Made by a program: the position numbers and the translations under genes
In this document: positions 43,984 through 45,716 of the stretch, piece after piece
Layout: every line of letters begins with the position of its first letter
Numbering within the stretch: position 1 is the first letter of the stretch
Notes under the pieces: model-generated
Database searches by the model: none
What the model saw: the letters and a program-made list of their open reading frames with translations, nothing else
What the model was told of the DNA's origin: nothing
Source: a bacterium
GTDB lineage: Bacteria > Patescibacteriota > Microgenomatia > UBA12405 > BS750m-G30
Assembly: GCA_021157735.1 (NCBI GenBank)
Contig: JAGGVZ010000057.1
Span: 1 to 45,716, forward strand
Direction of reading: 5' to 3'
DNA: 45,716 nucleotides

Positions 43984-45209
43984 TGGACAAAAAGATTTTT
44001 TCTCTTCTGAAAAAAGAAAGAGAAAGACAACGATGGACGTTGATGTTGATTCCTTCGGAAAATTATACCTATCCGGAGGTAAGAAAAGTAGTGGGCTCGG
44101 TTTTGATGCACAAATATGCCGAAGGGTATCCGGGGAGGCGGTATTATCAGGGAATGGAGTTCGTCGATCAGATAGAAAAAGAAGCCATTTCTCGGGCTCA
44201 AGCCCTCTTTGGGGTTCCTTTTGTTAACGTGCAACCGTATTCTGGATCTCCAGCGAATAGTGCTGTTTATTTTGCTCTTTTAGAGCCAGGGAAAGATACC
44301 ATAATGGGATTAGCTCTTTCTCATGGCGGGCATTTGACTCATGGCCATCCCAAAATTACTTTTTCCGGAAAATTTTTCCCTTCTGTTCAGTATTTTCTTA
44401 AAGAACAACCGCCTTTTTTTGATTTTCAGGAGATTTTAGATACCGCTTTAAAATACCGGCCAAAAATTATCGTGGTGGGGACAACGGCTTTTCCGCGGCT
44501 TTTACCCTGGAGACAGTTTACCCAAATCGCCCAGAAAGTAGGCGCCTATTTGTTGGCCGATATCTCTCACATTGCCGGATTGATAGTCGGCGGAGCCCAT
44601 CCCTCGCCAGTTCCTTATGCAGATATTATTACCTCCACTACCCACAAAACCCTCCGTGGCCCCCGGGGAGCATTGATTATGGTAACCAAAAAGGGGCTTG
44701 AGAAAGATCCCAAGTTAGGAGAAAAAATTAACCGGGCAGTTTTTCCTGGTTTGCAGGGCGGACCGCATCTTCATACGATTGCCGGAATTGCTGTTGCCCT
44801 GAAGAAGGCAGCTAACAAAGAGTTTAGAGCCTATGCTAAGCAGATAGTCACTAACGCTCGGGTTTTAGCCGAGGAGTTAAAGAACAAAGGTTTTTCTTTG
44901 GTTACCGGGGGGACGGATAATCACCTTTTGGTGGTGGATTTGCGCAATCTTGGAATTGATGGGAAAGAAGCGGCGGAAAGATTAGAAAAGGAAGGATTAG
45001 TTGTCAATGCCAATACCATTCCCAATGACCCCCGTCCTCCTAGCCGACCTTCAGGAATTCGTTTGGGGACACCAGCGGTGACGGCCCGGGGGATGAAAGA
45101 AAAGGAGATGAAAATTATTGCCCAGATGATTGCCGATGTTTTAAAGAAAAATCAGTCAGTTAAAGAAAAGGTAAAGGCCCTGTTAGCTTCTTTTCCTGTA
45201 GACTTCTGA
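43980..45209 (+). CDS. glyA: Serine hydroxymethyltransferase
   Basis: LIPSENY, YAEGYPGRRYY, and the PLP-Lys block TSTTHKTLRGPRG. Confidence 0.95.
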   Translation: MMDKKIFSLLKKERERQRWTLMLIPSENYTYPEVRKVVGSVLMHKYAEGYPGRRYYQGMEFVDQIEKEAISRAQALFGVPFVNVQPYSGSPANSAVYFALLEPGKDTIMGLALSHGGHLTHGHPKITFSGKFFPSVQYFLKEQPPFFDFQEILDTALKYRPKIIVVGTTAFPRLLPWRQFTQIAQKVGAYLLADISHIAGLIVGGAHPSPVPYADIITSTTHKTLRGPRGALIMVTKKGLEKDPKLGEKINRAVFPGLQGGPHLHTIAGIAVALKKAANKEFRAYAKQIVTNARVLAEELKNKGFSLVTGGTDNHLLVVDLRNLGIDGKEAAERLEKEGLVVNANTIPNDPRPPSRPSGIRLGTPAVTARGMKEKEMKIIAQMIADVLKKNQSVKEKVKALLASFPVDF

Positions 45210-45210
45210 G

Positions 45211-45716
45211 ATGATTTTTAACGGAAAGAGTTTTGCTTCCAGGAAAATTGTCTATTTGAAGAAAAAAGTTGTTGCCTGGGAGAAAGAAAAAGGTCGTTCT
45301 CCCCGGGCGGCTTTTATTTTGGTGGGAGAAAATCCGGAGGGAGAGATTTTTGTGAGGATGAAAAGAAAGCTGGCAGAAAAGATTGGCGTTAAAACAGTAG
45401 TCGCTAAATTGCCTTCTGGAGTAGGGAAGGAGGCAGTTAAAGAAAAGATAAGAAGGTTTTCTTCGGACAAAGAAGTGAATGGGGTGGTTGTCCAGTTGCC
45501 CTTACCTTCTTCTTTGCGGCCTTTTTGCCAGGAGATTCTTGACGAGATTGCTCCGAAGAAAGATATTGATGGCTTGACGACCTTTTCTTTTGAGCGGTTA
45601 AAGAAAGGAGAAGAATGTTTCTGGCCCGCCGTGGTAGTCGCTACTTTTCAGGTAGTAAAGAGCTTTTCTCTCCTTGAGGAGAAGAAGAAAATAGCTATTG
45701 TCGGGGTGGAAGGATG
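45211..45716 (+). CDS. folD: Bifunctional methylene-THF dehydrogenase/cyclohydrolase FolD (5' part; runs off the window end)
   Basis: My own translation gives MIFNGKSFASRKIVYLKKKV...AAFILVGENPEGEIFVRMKRKLAEKIGV...VNGVVVQLPLP...DIDGL. The frame is open to the window end and is not in the ORF track. Confidence 0.85.
   Translation, partial: MIFNGKSFASRKIVYLKKKVVAWEKEKGRSPRAAFILVGENPEGEIFVRMKRKLAEKIGVKTVVAKLPSGVGKEAVKEKIRRFSSDKEVNGVVVQLPLPSSLRPFCQEILDEIAPKKDIDGLTTFSFERLKKGEECFWPAVVVATFQVVKSFSLLEEKKKIAIVGVEG

Noticed and set aside
1-45716. An alternative genetic code (UGA=Gly, as in some candidate phyla)
   Set aside because: TGA terminates many conserved genes at their expected lengths (rpmG, pheT, thyX, tmk, glyA) and forms ATGA stop/start overlaps. 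No conserved gene needs TGA read-through.

Overview
This 45.7 kb window is compact and coding-dense, and reads mostly as housekeeping genes. The organism is low-GC and uses strong AAGGAGG Shine-Dalgarno sites. It uses the standard code: TGA ends full-length conserved genes and forms several ATGA stop/start overlaps. The gene content is an inference toward a Patescibacteria/CPR-like lineage: archaeal-type ProRS, an RRM protein, an O-antigen-ligase/TPR fusion, anaerobic NrdDG, ThyX, and many K/R-rich protein tails. Gene order is: nrdD-nrdG, a DedA-like gene, two tandem secreted clan GH-A hydrolase paralogs, rpmG plus tRNA-Ala, an alkylation-repair-like gene, DUF362, an RRM protein, tRNA-Thr, an orphan ORF, and a five-gene tRNA cluster. 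It continues with GT2, SIMPL, tRNA-Arg/tRNA-Thr with a tandem repeat, a candidate structured sRNA, Rrf2-nifS-iscU, an M50 protease, rpmB, fmt/def, O-antigen ligase-TPR, relA/spoT, mreBCD-PBP2, an FAD oxidoreductase, and rarA. The last part holds proS, pheST, dprA-topA and a TraD/HerA-like ATPase, murB, a MiaB-like gene, and pyrG-dcd-thyX-tmk-glyA-folD. I saw no obvious defence island, CRISPR array or transposase. The most unusual signals are RNA- or translation-level. (1) A complete tRNA-Arg(UCG) is nested in the anticodon region of a second, tRNA-like gene whose flanks form a 15-position helix. (2) The NrdD glycyl-radical motif (RIVGY) lies outside the main nrdD ORF, in a 57-codon overlapping ORF with its own perfect SD and a GTG start. 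(3) A ~141 bp tandem repeat duplicates the 3' end of tRNA-Arg(GCG) and carries an inverted T-arm mimic. (4) A ~156 nt rod-shaped sRNA candidate is driven from a palindromic divergent promoter shared with the Rrf2 operon.
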